Shown here: positions 31,937 through 41,069 of the stretch, in pieces
Layout: each line of letters begins with the position of its first letter
Numbering within the stretch: position 1 is the stretch's first letter
Source: Vulcanimicrobiota bacterium
GTDB lineage: Bacteria > Vulcanimicrobiota > Vulcanimicrobiia > Vulcanimicrobiales > Vulcanimicrobiaceae
Assembly (NCBI GenBank): GCA_963733295.1
Contig: CAVTCS010000003.1
Span: 2,816,001-2,880,000 of the forward strand
DNA: 64,000 nucleotides
Reading direction: 5' to 3'
The notes under the pieces: generated by a model
Seen by the model: the letters and a program-made list of their open reading frames with translations, nothing else
What the model was told of the DNA's origin: nothing
The model's database searches: none
Position numbers and translations under genes: made by a program

Positions 31937-33799
31937 CTACTGGGGCAGCTTCTTGTGGAAATATCCCGCGATGATCGCGCGCGCGACCGGCGCGGCAACC
32001 GACGCACCGTACCCGCCGGTGCGTTCCATGTAGACGGCCAGTGCGAATTTCGGATGAGTCGCCGGTGCGTAGGCGACGAACCACGTCGTGTTCGGGCCCT
32101 TGCCGCCGTCGGTTTCGACCGTTCCGGTCTTTCCGCCGTAGGGAAGGCCGGGCACGTCCTCGCCGTACGCCGTGCCGCCGGCCGAGGTGACCAGGTCCAT
32201 GCCGGCGCGAACTTCGGCCAGCGAGTCGGGCGTGACCGGGACGTGGCGCACGATCTGCGGAGTGGCCTGCAGGACGATCTTGCCCGAAGTGTCGCGGATG
32301 AGTTGCACCAAGTGCGGCCGGTAGAGGGTTCCTCCGTTGACCACGGTTGCCGCGATGCTGGCCATTTGGAGCGGCGTCGCCTGCATCGCGCCCTGACCGA
32401 TCGCGAGCTGACACACGTCGCTCGGCTCGAGCGGCAAGCCGTAAACCTTCCGCGACCACGCGTCGGTCGGCCAGTTCCCGGGGTATTCTCCCGGGATGTC
32501 GATCCCCAGAGTCTTCCCGAGCCCGTACTGCAGTGCGTAGTAACGCAGCCGCGTATGACCGAGCCGGTCGCCGAGCTGGTAGAAATAGCCATCGCTCGAG
32601 GCCGCGATCGCGCGCTTGAAGTCGGTGCTGCCGAGACCTCCCGCGGCGATGTCGACGTACGTGACCCCGTGACAGTACCACGAGCCTGAATCATACAGGA
32701 CTTGATCTTTGCCGATCACGCCCGACGAAAGCGCCGCGCTACCCGTCACCATCTTGAAGGTCGAACCGGTCGCGGTCGCCGCTCCGATGGCGCGGTCGAA
32801 AAGCGGTTGAAGCGGATCCTTGATGTAGCGCTCGTAGGTCGAGGCGCGAATCCCGTTCGTGAAGTCGTTGGGATCGACGTTCGGATACGAGGCGAGCGCC
32901 AGCACGCCGCCGGTCTGCGGATCGATCGCGACGACCGCGCCCGCGACGTTGTGCCCGCGCGCCTTGCCGACCGCCGCGAGCTGATCGGAGAGCGCGGTCT
33001 CGGCCAGCTGCTGCAAGCGCCAGTCCAGCGTCAGGACCAAGCTGTCGCCCGGAACGGGCTCGTCCGGCCCGAGGCGGCGCACCATCTGGCCTTGCGCGTT
33101 GACCTCGATACGCTCGCCGCCCGGCTTTCCGCGCAGCCACGAATCGTACGACCGTTCCAGCCCGTCTTTGCCCACCACGTCGTTGGGCGTGTAGCCCTGG
33201 TTTTTGCGCTGCTTGTACTCGTCTTCGGTAATGATGCCGACGTAGCCGAAGATGTGCGAGCCCATCCGCCGGTAGGGATAGTCGCGCACCGGTTGCGCTT
33301 CCAAGTCGATGCCGGGAAGTTCGTCCTGCGATTCGGCCAAACGCGCCATCTGCGCGTTGGAAAGTTCGGTCGCGAGGATGACCGGTCCGTACGGTTCGTT
33401 GACCGCGAGTTCGTCGAAGTTCTTATAGTCGACGCCGCGATGGTGCAGCAAGCGTTTCCAAAGAACCGCTTCGGGCATTCCGAGAACCTGCGAGAGCGCG
33501 CCGATCGTCGCTTCGGGATTCTTGACGTCGGACGGAATCATCGCGCACACGTACGACGGCCGGCTTCTCACGAGCAAGACGCCGTTGCGATCGTAGATGC
33601 GTCCGCGCGGCGCGGCGACCGGTATGTGCCGGACTTGATTGGCGCGGGCCGCCGCCGCATAGTGCGTCCCCTCGACGACTTGAACTTGCGTCAGACGCGC
33701 GAGTAGTCCGAGCAAGCCGAAAAGCAGCAACGCGACGAACGCGACGATCTTCCAAAGACCGGGCATCGGCGTGGGCCGCGCTTCCGAGGCGAGATTCAC
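31937..33799 (-). CDS. mrdA: Penicillin-binding protein 2
   Basis: APRGRIYDRNG, GSTFK (SxxK), KTGT; downstream of mreD. Confidence 0.92.
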   Translation of the reverse strand: MNLASEARPTPMPGLWKIVAFVALLLFGLLGLLARLTQVQVVEGTHYAAAARANQVRHIPVAAPRGRIYDRNGVLLVRSRPSYVCAMIPSDVKNPEATIGALSQVLGMPEAVLWKRLLHHRGVDYKNFDELAVNEPYGPVILATELSNAQMARLAESQDELPGIDLEAQPVRDYPYRRMGSHIFGYVGIITEDEYKQRKNQGYTPNDVVGKDGLERSYDSWLRGKPGGERIEVNAQGQMVRRLGPDEPVPGDSLVLTLDWRLQQLAETALSDQLAAVGKARGHNVAGAVVAIDPQTGGVLALASYPNVDPNDFTNGIRASTYERYIKDPLQPLFDRAIGAATATGSTFKMVTGSAALSSGVIGKDQVLYDSGSWYCHGVTYVDIAAGGLGSTDFKRAIAASSDGYFYQLGDRLGHTRLRYYALQYGLGKTLGIDIPGEYPGNWPTDAWSRKVYGLPLEPSDVCQLAIGQGAMQATPLQMASIAATVVNGGTLYRPHLVQLIRDTSGKIVLQATPQIVRHVPVTPDSLAEVRAGMDLVTSAGGTAYGEDVPGLPYGGKTGTVETDGGKGPNTTWFVAYAPATHPKFALAVYMERTGGYGASVAAPVARAIIAGYFHKKLPQ

Positions 33800-34335
33800 G
33801 CGCGGCGGGAGCTCCGTTGAACGACCGCGAGCAGAATGCCGGTCAAGAGCGCAGCGTACAGGCTCTGCCAGAGCACGGCGTGCAGATGTGCGGCCGCCAG
33901 CTGCGGCGCGCGTCCGCCGAGCTGTTCGAAGACGGCGAACAAAGCGTAGCGTACGAGAACCGCGGCGGCCGCACCGGCCACGAGCCAAAAGTTCGACTCC
34001 GCGATCTGCGTTCCGCGCAATCGTCCGGCCAGCGCTCCGATCGCGCCGGTCGCAAAGGTCCAGGCCGGCGCGCCGTTCCAGGCCAGCGCGTCTTCGCACG
34101 CGCCGGCGAGCAAGCCAAACGCGAAACCGCGCAAGCTCCCCGAGCGCACGGCGAACCAGCCTACCAGGAGCAGCACGAGCGGCGGCGCCGCGCCGCGCAG
34201 CGACAGGTACGGCGCGAGCGTCGATTGGGCCAGCAGCGCGCAAGCGAGGAGCAGGGCGACGACGTGCGATGCGGGTTCGCCCGAGGCGTACGAGGGGACG
34301 CCGGACCCAAGCGAGGTGAGGTTACGGACGCGCAA
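33796..34335 (-). CDS. mreD: Rod shape-determining protein MreD (start uncertain)
   Basis: Multi-TM protein, GFAFGLLAGACED; between mreC and mrdA. Confidence 0.8.
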   Translation of the reverse strand: MRVRNLTSLGSGVPSYASGEPASHVVALLLACALLAQSTLAPYLSLRGAAPPLVLLLVGWFAVRSGSLRGFAFGLLAGACEDALAWNGAPAWTFATGAIGALAGRLRGTQIAESNFWLVAGAAAAVLVRYALFAVFEQLGGRAPQLAAAHLHAVLWQSLYAALLTGILLAVVQRSSRRA

Positions 34336-35140
34336 GGACCAGGACCGCGTGCAGGCGTCCGAAGGCCACCGCCGGCTCGACCAAGGCGTTTTGGTAGAGC
34401 GCGCCCTCGACGCGATCCAAACGCGCGATTCGTCCGATGGCGACGCCGGCGCCGAACGAGCGTCCGGCTCCGGTGACGACCTCGTCGCCGACCTTTAGCG
34501 GCGCGTCCTGCGAGACGTAGCGCAGCTCGATGCGCGAGTCGGTTCCGACCGCGATGCCCCACCAGCGGCCGCGCGACACCACCGCCGGAATCTTGCTGGA
34601 GGAATCGGTCGCCAGCAAAACTTTACTACTAAAGGGTTCGACTTCGACGACGCGGCCGACCACGCCGTCGGCGGCGACGACGCCGCTCTCCACTTTGACG
34701 CCGGCGAACGCACCGCGATTGAGGCTCACGATGCGGTTTTGATTCTCGGGGTCGTAGCCGACGGTCGAAGCCGCGATGCTCCCGGGGGCCCGCACCGCCG
34801 CGGCGGCCAGCGCCGCGCCGTCGGGCACACCGTCGAGCGCGGCCTGCAGGCGCAAGTTTTCGGCGCGTAAGGCCGCGTCGTCGCTGCGCAAGCGAGCGTT
34901 CTCACGGTACAGCCGCGGTGCGTCGGCGACCGCGCCGCCAAACGAACGGATGCCGTCAGTCGTCGCGGCGACTGCGGTCTGAAACGCGAGCGCTGCGGAG
35001 GTGACGCCTACGGTGATCGGGCTCGGACGTCCGGCGCGGGCGAATTCTAGTTGGATGAGAGCAATCGAAGCGGCGACGATGACCGCACCGATTAGGGCGA
35101 ATAGCTTTCTCTCATGCCGATACGTAAAGATTGATACCAC
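34322..35140 (-). CDS. mreC: Rod shape-determining protein MreC
   Basis: TM, coiled coil (ENARLR), GVVGRV, GDEVVTG. Confidence 0.9.
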   Translation of the reverse strand: MVSIFTYRHERKLFALIGAVIVAASIALIQLEFARAGRPSPITVGVTSAALAFQTAVAATTDGIRSFGGAVADAPRLYRENARLRSDDAALRAENLRLQAALDGVPDGAALAAAAVRAPGSIAASTVGYDPENQNRIVSLNRGAFAGVKVESGVVAADGVVGRVVEVEPFSSKVLLATDSSSKIPAVVSRGRWWGIAVGTDSRIELRYVSQDAPLKVGDEVVTGAGRSFGAGVAIGRIARLDRVEGALYQNALVEPAVAFGRLHAVLVLARP

Positions 35141-36183
35141 CTCGTCAGCCGGTCCGCGTGGGGCCGCAGACGTTCGTGCAGGGTCGGCGATCCGAGGATC
35201 TCACCGGCGCCGCGGGCGACGCAGGTGAGCGGGTCTGGGGCAACGGTCGTGGGTACGTGCGAGCGGCTACCGATTTCTGCGGCGAGTCCATCGATCAACG
35301 CGCCGCCACCGGTGAGCGTGATGCCCCCTTCGATCAGATCGGCTGCGACGTCGGGTCGAACCGACTCGAGAACCGACACGACCGCGCGGACGATGCGCTC
35401 GACGCCCTCGCGCATCGCTTCGCCGACGAGTTCCTCACTCACTTCACGCGCTCGCGGCGAAGCTGCGTTCAAATCGCTTCCGCAGACCGTCAGGGGCGCT
35501 CGCCCGGGCGCGCGTCCGGCATAACCGAGCTCCATCTTCAGCCGCTCGGCGGTGGCCAGACCGATGACGAAGCGCTGGGTTCGCATGCGGTGCCGAATCG
35601 CGTGGTCGAAAAAGTCGCCGCCGGTTTGAATCGAGCTGAGACGAACGACGCCCGAAAGCGCGAGGATCGCGATCTCGGTCGTCCCGCCGCCGATGTCGAC
35701 GATCATTTGCGACGTCAGGCCGGTGATGTCGAGTCCCGCTCCGACGGCGGCGGCGACCGCCTGCGGCACGTAGGTCGTATAGCGCGCGCCGGCGGCGCGA
35801 ACGGCCTGCTCTACGGCCTTGCACTCGATGTCGGTCGCGCAGCCGGGCACGCAGGCGATGAGACGCGGCGCGACGCGAGTGCGGGTCGCAAGCGCTCGGT
35901 CGACGAGCCGTTCGACCAAGGTTTGCGCCGCGTGAAAATCGGAGATCGTTCCGCGGCAGAGCGGGCGAACGATCCGGATGCGACGCGGTGCCCGGCCCTC
36001 CATCTCTTTTGCGCTCTGGCCGATCGCGACGATCTGCTCGGTCAGTACGTCGTAAGCGACGACCGACGGCTCGCTCACGATCACGCCGGCGCCCCGCTCG
36101 TAGACGACGGTGTTGGCCGTGCCGAGATCGAGTCCGATGTCCGGACTTACCGTCGCGCGGAGGCTGCCGGCCCAGGCGTTCAC
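35092..36183 (-). CDS. mreB: MreB-family actin homologue (divergent)
   Basis: DLGTANT, EPSVVA, DIGGGTTE, AERLK, LTGGGAL; in maf-mreBCD-mrdA operon. Confidence 0.9.
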   Translation of the reverse strand: MNAWAGSLRATVSPDIGLDLGTANTVVYERGAGVIVSEPSVVAYDVLTEQIVAIGQSAKEMEGRAPRRIRIVRPLCRGTISDFHAAQTLVERLVDRALATRTRVAPRLIACVPGCATDIECKAVEQAVRAAGARYTTYVPQAVAAAVGAGLDITGLTSQMIVDIGGGTTEIAILALSGVVRLSSIQTGGDFFDHAIRHRMRTQRFVIGLATAERLKMELGYAGRAPGRAPLTVCGSDLNAASPRAREVSEELVGEAMREGVERIVRAVVSVLESVRPDVAADLIEGGITLTGGGALIDGLAAEIGSRSHVPTTVAPDPLTCVARGAGEILGSPTLHERLRPHADRLTRWYQSLRIGMRESYSP

Positions 36184-36788
36184 GGCGCGGCCGCGATTTC
36201 AGCCGGTCCGAGGCGATAGCCGAGTTCGGGAAGCGAGCGGACGAACTCGCCCAGCGGGAAGCCCATCACCGTGTAAAAGTCACCTTCGATGCGCTCGATC
36301 AGCGCCGCGCCCCGGCCTTGAATGCCGTATCCGCCGGCCTTGTCGAGCGGCTCGCCGGTCGCCACGTATTCCTCGATCTCGGCGCGCCCGAGTCGCGCGA
36401 ACCAAACCTGAGTCGTCAGCGCTCGTTCGAGCCGCCGCCCGGTCCCGCCGTCGATCGCGCAAAAAGCGGTGTGGACGGCATGCTGGCGGCCGGACAAGCG
36501 TTGTAGCATCGCGGCGGCTTCCGCCGCATCGGCCGGCTTTCCCAGCGTGAGCCCGTCGACGTCGACGACTGTGTCGGCGGCCACGATCAGCTCTTCCCTT
36601 TGCCGGCGCGCGACCGCTTCGGCTTTGGCCGAAGCGTGAAAGCGTGCCAACTCGAGAGGTCCATAGCCCGGGCGATCCCCTTCTTCGACGTCGCTTGGAA
36701 CCACGAGCACGCGGAGTCCGAGGGAAGATAGAAGTTCGCGCCGCCTAGGGGAAACGCTCGCAAGCACTATCGTGTGGAGTTCGCGCAT
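36180..36788 (-). CDS. maf: Maf nucleotide pyrophosphatase
   Basis: LASVSPRRRELL, AADTVV, LGKP, DKAGGYGIQG. Confidence 0.93.
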   Translation of the reverse strand: MRELHTIVLASVSPRRRELLSSLGLRVLVVPSDVEEGDRPGYGPLELARFHASAKAEAVARRQREELIVAADTVVDVDGLTLGKPADAAEAAAMLQRLSGRQHAVHTAFCAIDGGTGRRLERALTTQVWFARLGRAEIEEYVATGEPLDKAGGYGIQGRGAALIERIEGDFYTVMGFPLGEFVRSLPELGYRLGPAEIAAAP

Positions 36789-36813
36789 CCGCACTCGTGA
36801 AATCAGTACATTC

Positions 36814-36843
36814 AGTATAGAGAAGGCATCGGCGCTTTGTATA
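36814..36843 (-). promoter_or_regulatory. Putative promoter of maf-mreBCD-mrdA
   Basis: TATACA-N18-TATACT on minus strand in an AT-rich spacer. Confidence 0.4.
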
Positions 36844-36888
36844 GCGCCGAACGATATTTTGTGCGCTTGCGCGCTAGACGAGCCATCC

Positions 36889-37311
36889 CTATGAGTACAT
36901 CCGGTTGCCGACGCGCACGTATCCGCCGGCATGGCGGCCGCGCGGGTCGCGGTGCGTGTAGTGGATCAAGCCTCCGCGCGGGTCGTAGATGTATTCGCCG
37001 CGCACCTCGACGTCGTCGCCGGCGCGAATCGGGATCGGACCGGTGAGGTCGACGTTGTCCTCGACCCGGACGGTCAGGCCGCGCCCGTCGGCACCCCGCA
37101 GATGGAGCAAAAACCCCGTGTGGACGCCGCTTGGCCCGCGGCGCGTTCCGAGCACCTTGGCGACGCTGCCGCTGGCGGTCACCTCGACGTTGGAACGCTG
37201 CTGGGCCCAGGATTGATAGACCTCGGCGTTGCCGGTGCCTCCCGCACCCGGCGGCGCGCAGCCGGCCAGCGCCGCGACGAGCGCGAAGAGGGCGGCGGCT
37301 CTACGGCGCAT
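36889..37311 (-). CDS. DUF3465-family lipoprotein
   Basis: LAGC lipobox; GEYIYD..GGLIHYTHRDP.GRH.GG. Confidence 0.8.
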   Translation of the reverse strand: MRRRAAALFALVAALAGCAPPGAGGTGNAEVYQSWAQQRSNVEVTASGSVAKVLGTRRGPSGVHTGFLLHLRGADGRGLTVRVEDNVDLTGPIPIRAGDDVEVRGEYIYDPRGGLIHYTHRDPRGRHAGGYVRVGNRMYS

Positions 37312-38569
37312 CGGCGGGGTCCAAGTCGTCGCGCATCAGGTCGTCCGGGATTTCGCGGCGCACGACGGCCGCATGCCGGTTCGCTCCGGCAAAGACGACG
37401 GCGGGGCGCGGAAAGCGGTTGTAGTTGCTCGCCATGCTGTAAGTGTAAGCGCCGGTCGTGCGGAGTGCGATGAGATCCCCGTCGCGCAAGTCGCCCGGCA
37501 ACTCGGCCGTCGTCAGTTCGTCGTTTTCGCACGAGCGTCCGGCGAAGGTGAACGTTTCGGGCGGCGCGGCGGAGGTTCGACTCGCGAGCAGCGGCCGGTG
37601 GTAAGCGCCGTACAGGGCCGGACGCGGGTTGTCGGCCAGGCTTCCGTCGACGATTGCGAAGCGCCGCTCGCCGCGACGTTTCACCGCGAGCACGCGGTAG
37701 AGACTGGTCCCGGCCTGCGCGACGATCGCGCGGCCGGGTTCGATTCCGAGACGCGGCGCGGGAATGCCGCGCGCCTGCGACTCCGCCCGCAACCGGCTCG
37801 TCAACGCGCGCAAGGTCGCCGCCGCATCGAGCGTTTCGCCCTCCAAGCCGTCGTCGACGCCGAAGCCACCGCCCAGGATGATCTCGCCGAGCGTCGCTCC
37901 GGCAACGCGAGCCGCGCCGTAGACGTCCAGCAAAAGAGACAGCGCTTCGAGATACGTTTCGCTTTCGAGAATCTGCGAGCCGAGATGCGCGTGCAGCCCA
38001 ACGAGGCGCAGCCCCGCTATCTCGCCGGCGCGCCGCAGCGCGGCCGCGACTTCGTCCGGTACGAATCCGAACTTCGAATCCTCGCCCGAAGTGCGGACGA
38101 ACGCGTGCGTGTGCGCCTCGATGCCGGGATTGATGCGCAGCAGCACGGCGAGCGGCGCGTCCGCGCGCGCGAAGCGGGCCAGCCTTTCGAGTTCTTCGCG
38201 ATTGTCGATGACCAAACGCCCGGCGCGGCCGGAAGTCGCCGCCGCGAGTTCCTCGTCCGTCTTACCGCAACCGTGCATGACGATGCGCGCGGCCGGAAAG
38301 CCGGCGCGTTCGGCGGTGAGCAACTCGCCCAGCGAACACACGTCGAGCGCGAGCGGCGTTGCCGCCAACCGCCGCGCCAGAGCGACGATCAAGAGGGCTT
38401 TACCGGCGTAAGCGACGTCGATGCCGAGTTCGGCGCCGAGCGCGGCGAAGCGCGCGACGGCCGTGTCGAGAACGCCGGTGTCGATCACGACGAGCGGCGT
38501 GCCGTAGGTGCGCGCGAGCTCTTCGGCCGCGACGCCGCCGAACGTCGCGCCGGCGTGGTTAGTCTGCAT
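37301..38569 (-). CDS. lysA: Diaminopimelate decarboxylase
   Basis: YAGKA, SKFG, HLGSQI, EPGRAIV, CENDE, GAY.YSMASNYN. Confidence 0.93.
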   Translation of the reverse strand: MQTNHAGATFGGVAAEELARTYGTPLVVIDTGVLDTAVARFAALGAELGIDVAYAGKALLIVALARRLAATPLALDVCSLGELLTAERAGFPAARIVMHGCGKTDEELAAATSGRAGRLVIDNREELERLARFARADAPLAVLLRINPGIEAHTHAFVRTSGEDSKFGFVPDEVAAALRRAGEIAGLRLVGLHAHLGSQILESETYLEALSLLLDVYGAARVAGATLGEIILGGGFGVDDGLEGETLDAAATLRALTSRLRAESQARGIPAPRLGIEPGRAIVAQAGTSLYRVLAVKRRGERRFAIVDGSLADNPRPALYGAYHRPLLASRTSAAPPETFTFAGRSCENDELTTAELPGDLRDGDLIALRTTGAYTYSMASNYNRFPRPAVVFAGANRHAAVVRREIPDDLMRDDLDPADAP

Positions 38570-39179
38570 GCAACGGATCGAGCGAACGGTACAGCCCGCG
38601 CTCCTCGATGTAGCGATACACGAATTCGGGAACGAGGTAGCGGATGCTGCCGCCGCGCGCGAGTTGCGTGCGCACGAGCGTTGCCGAGCCGTTCAGTGCG
38701 GGCAGGTCGAGAAAGCGCATCTTGCTGCGCTCCTGCGGCGCGAGCGAGGCGAGCAGCTTTTCCACCCGCTCGGGGGCTCGCTCCGCGCGCGGTGCGATCG
38801 CGAATGCGTCGAGGTTGGCGAGAACTTCGCCAAAGCGCTGCCAGGGCGAGTCGACGAGCGAGTCGCCGCCCACGATGAACGTCAATTCGTCGCCTGAAAA
38901 CTTTGCGCGCAAGCGCGGCATCAGATCCGCGCTATACCCGGTCCCTTCGGGATCGAGATCGGTTTCGTCGATCGAGAAGTGCGGATTCGGCGCCAGCGCT
39001 CCGCGCAGCATCGCCAGTCGTTCCTCGACCGAAGCGATCGGCCCCGGGCGATAGTGGGCGCCGCGCGTCGGCAGAAACACGATCCGCTCCAAACCGAGCT
39101 CCACGCGCGAAGCTTCCGCCACGAACAAGTGCGCGTTGTGAACGGGATCGAAGGTTCCGCCGAAGAGCCCGAGTTTCAC
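38559..39179 (-). CDS. nadD: Nicotinate-nucleotide adenylyltransferase
   Basis: GGTFDPVHNAH, IVGGDS, SATLVR. Confidence 0.93.
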   Translation of the reverse strand: MKLGLFGGTFDPVHNAHLFVAEASRVELGLERIVFLPTRGAHYRPGPIASVEERLAMLRGALAPNPHFSIDETDLDPEGTGYSADLMPRLRAKFSGDELTFIVGGDSLVDSPWQRFGEVLANLDAFAIAPRAERAPERVEKLLASLAPQERSKMRFLDLPALNGSATLVRTQLARGGSIRYLVPEFVYRYIEERGLYRSLDPLHAD

Positions 39180-40441
39180 GAATAGTCGAACTCGTGTCCG
39201 GCGATGCGCACCGTGTCACCTTCGTGCGCGCCGAGTTCGCGCAGGCGCTTGTCGACTCCCATCTTGGCGAGGATCGCTTCGAACCGTCCGAGCCCTTCGT
39301 CGCTTTCGAAATCGGTCATCGCGGCGAGCCGCTCGATGCGTTCGCCGCTGACCACGAACGCGCCGTCGGGATCGATTGCGATCGCAAACGGATCGCCCGG
39401 CGTCAGCACGAAGCGCGGCGGCTCGACTTCGGCGACCGGCTGCGGCGGCGCGTTCGCAATCGCGCGATACGCCTCGAACAGAAGCTCGCGTACGCCCTCG
39501 CCCGTCGCCGCCGAAATCGCGCGCAATCCCGGGATGCGATCTTTCAGTTCGGCGAAGCCCGCGCGCGCATCGGGCAGATCGAGCTTCGAAATCACCGGAA
39601 GCGTGGGGCGCTCCGCGAGCAGCGGATTCCACGAGCGCAGCTCGTTTTCGATCACCGCTTTGTCGGCCAAAATCTCGTCCACCGGCCGCGCGCCGTCCAT
39701 GAGGTGAATGAGGACGCGGGTTCGTTCGACGTGCCGTAAGAAGCGGTCGCCCAGTCCCGATCCGGCGTGCGCTCCCTCGATCAATCCCGGCACGTCGACC
39801 ATCACGAAGGACTCTTCGGGGCCGAGCCGCACGACGCCGAGTTGCGGCTCGAGGGTCGTGAAGGGATAGTCGGCGATCTTCGGGCGCGCCGCCGACGACG
39901 CGGCGAGCAGCGTCGACTTCCCCGCGTTCGGCAACCCGATGACGCCGCAGTCGGCGAGCAGCTTGAGTTCGAGCCGCAGCGTGAAGTGCTCGGCGGGCTC
40001 ACCCTTCTCCGCAAAGCGGGGCGCTTGGCGCGTGCTCGTCGCAAAGTGCTGGTTGCCCAGCCCTCCGCGGCCGCCTTTGGCGGCGCGCAGCGACTGCCCG
40101 GGCGCGCTCAAGTCGGCCTGCAGCCATTCCCGTCCGTCGTCCTCGACCCGGTAGACCAGCGTTCCGGCCGGGACCGGGACGATCAGGTTGTCGGCGCTGC
40201 GGCCCGACTTGTTGGAGGTCGAGCCCGCCTTGCCGGCCTCCGCCGCGAAGTGCTTCTTGAAGCGAAACTCGATCAGCGTGCCGAGTTCGGCGCTCGCCTC
40301 GAGCACCACGTCGCCGCCTCGTCCGCCGTCCCCGCCGGCCGGGCCGCCTTTGGGCACGTACTTTTCCCGGCGCCAGGCGACGATACCGTCGCCGCCCCGG
40401 CCGCCCGCGACCGTGATCGTCGCTTCGTCTATGAACTGCAA
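39176..40441 (-). CDS. obgE: GTPase Obg/CgtA with C-terminal OCT domain
   Basis: Gly-rich Obg fold, GLPNAGKST, YPFTTL, DVPG. Confidence 0.97.
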   Translation of the reverse strand: MQFIDEATITVAGGRGGDGIVAWRREKYVPKGGPAGGDGGRGGDVVLEASAELGTLIEFRFKKHFAAEAGKAGSTSNKSGRSADNLIVPVPAGTLVYRVEDDGREWLQADLSAPGQSLRAAKGGRGGLGNQHFATSTRQAPRFAEKGEPAEHFTLRLELKLLADCGVIGLPNAGKSTLLAASSAARPKIADYPFTTLEPQLGVVRLGPEESFVMVDVPGLIEGAHAGSGLGDRFLRHVERTRVLIHLMDGARPVDEILADKAVIENELRSWNPLLAERPTLPVISKLDLPDARAGFAELKDRIPGLRAISAATGEGVRELLFEAYRAIANAPPQPVAEVEPPRFVLTPGDPFAIAIDPDGAFVVSGERIERLAAMTDFESDEGLGRFEAILAKMGVDKRLRELGAHEGDTVRIAGHEFDYS

Positions 40442-40465
40442 AACGAAAAGAGCCCGAAGGCTCTT
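40442..40465 (-). terminator. Intrinsic terminator between rpmA and obg
   Basis: AAGAGCC-TTCG-GGCTCTT followed by TTCGTTT. Confidence 0.7.
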
Positions 40466-40492
40466 GGCTTACCCCTCGGCGCCAGCAGCGTG

Positions 40493-40768
40493 CTAGGTCC
40501 CCAGGACGTTGACGTGCTTGCGCTTCCGCTTCTCGCTGAAGTGGACGCGCCCAGCGACGAGAGCGAACAACGTATTGTCCTTGCCCATGCCCACGCCATC
40601 GCCGGGATGAATCTTCGTACCCCGTTGACGCACCAGGATATTACCGGCCAGCACGTTCTCGCCACCGAAACGCTTGATCCCAAGGCGCTGGGCGTTGGAG
40701 TCGCGTCCGTTACGGGTCGAGCCGCCGCCCTTCTTGGAGGCGAATAGCTGGAGGTCGAAGGTGAACAT
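40493..40768 (-). CDS. rpmA: 50S ribosomal protein L27 with N-terminal extension
   Basis: [24 protein letters not shown]. Confidence 0.96.
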   Translation of the reverse strand: MFTFDLQLFASKKGGGSTRNGRDSNAQRLGIKRFGGENVLAGNILVRQRGTKIHPGDGVGMGKDNTLFALVAGRVHFSEKRKRKHVNVLGT

Positions 40769-40778
40769 AGCGGCCCCT

Positions 40779-40808
40779 ACTATACCAGGCCGACCGGGGA
40801 GGACGCAA
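40779..40808 (-). promoter_or_regulatory. rpmA promoter
   Basis: TTGCGT-N18-TATAGT with extended TG, 10 nt before the ATG. Confidence 0.65.
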
Positions 40809-40972
40809 CCCAAAGGGTTCCCTCGAACCTCTGCGATAGACTCAGTGCGGCTTTTTGGCGGTTTAAGAGGCCGTCCCGTTTCGCGCGAGCCCATTTGCGC
40901 GGCGGTCCGACGGCGCGTGCCGCCCCTGCGAGCGCGCTACGACGCGGATGCACGAGTAATAAGGAGAAGAGA

Positions 40973-41062
40973 GTGTCTCGACCCGCAAATAGAGTGACAG
41001 TCGCTGAAATTGCGCTGCAATTCAGCGCTCTGTGCTCCTTGCGGTGCAGGTCGGGACGCTAA
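40973..41062 (+). CDS. Putative 29-aa leader ORF upstream of fabF
   Basis: AAGGAG 6 nt before GTG; ends in TAA 7 nt before the fabF TTG. Confidence 0.4.
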   Translation: MSRPANRVTVAEIALQFSALCSLRCRSGR

Positions 41063-41069
41063 GAACGCT

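Noticed and set aside
36849..36862. LexA box upstream of maf
   Set aside because: Only one half-site (GAAC) matches
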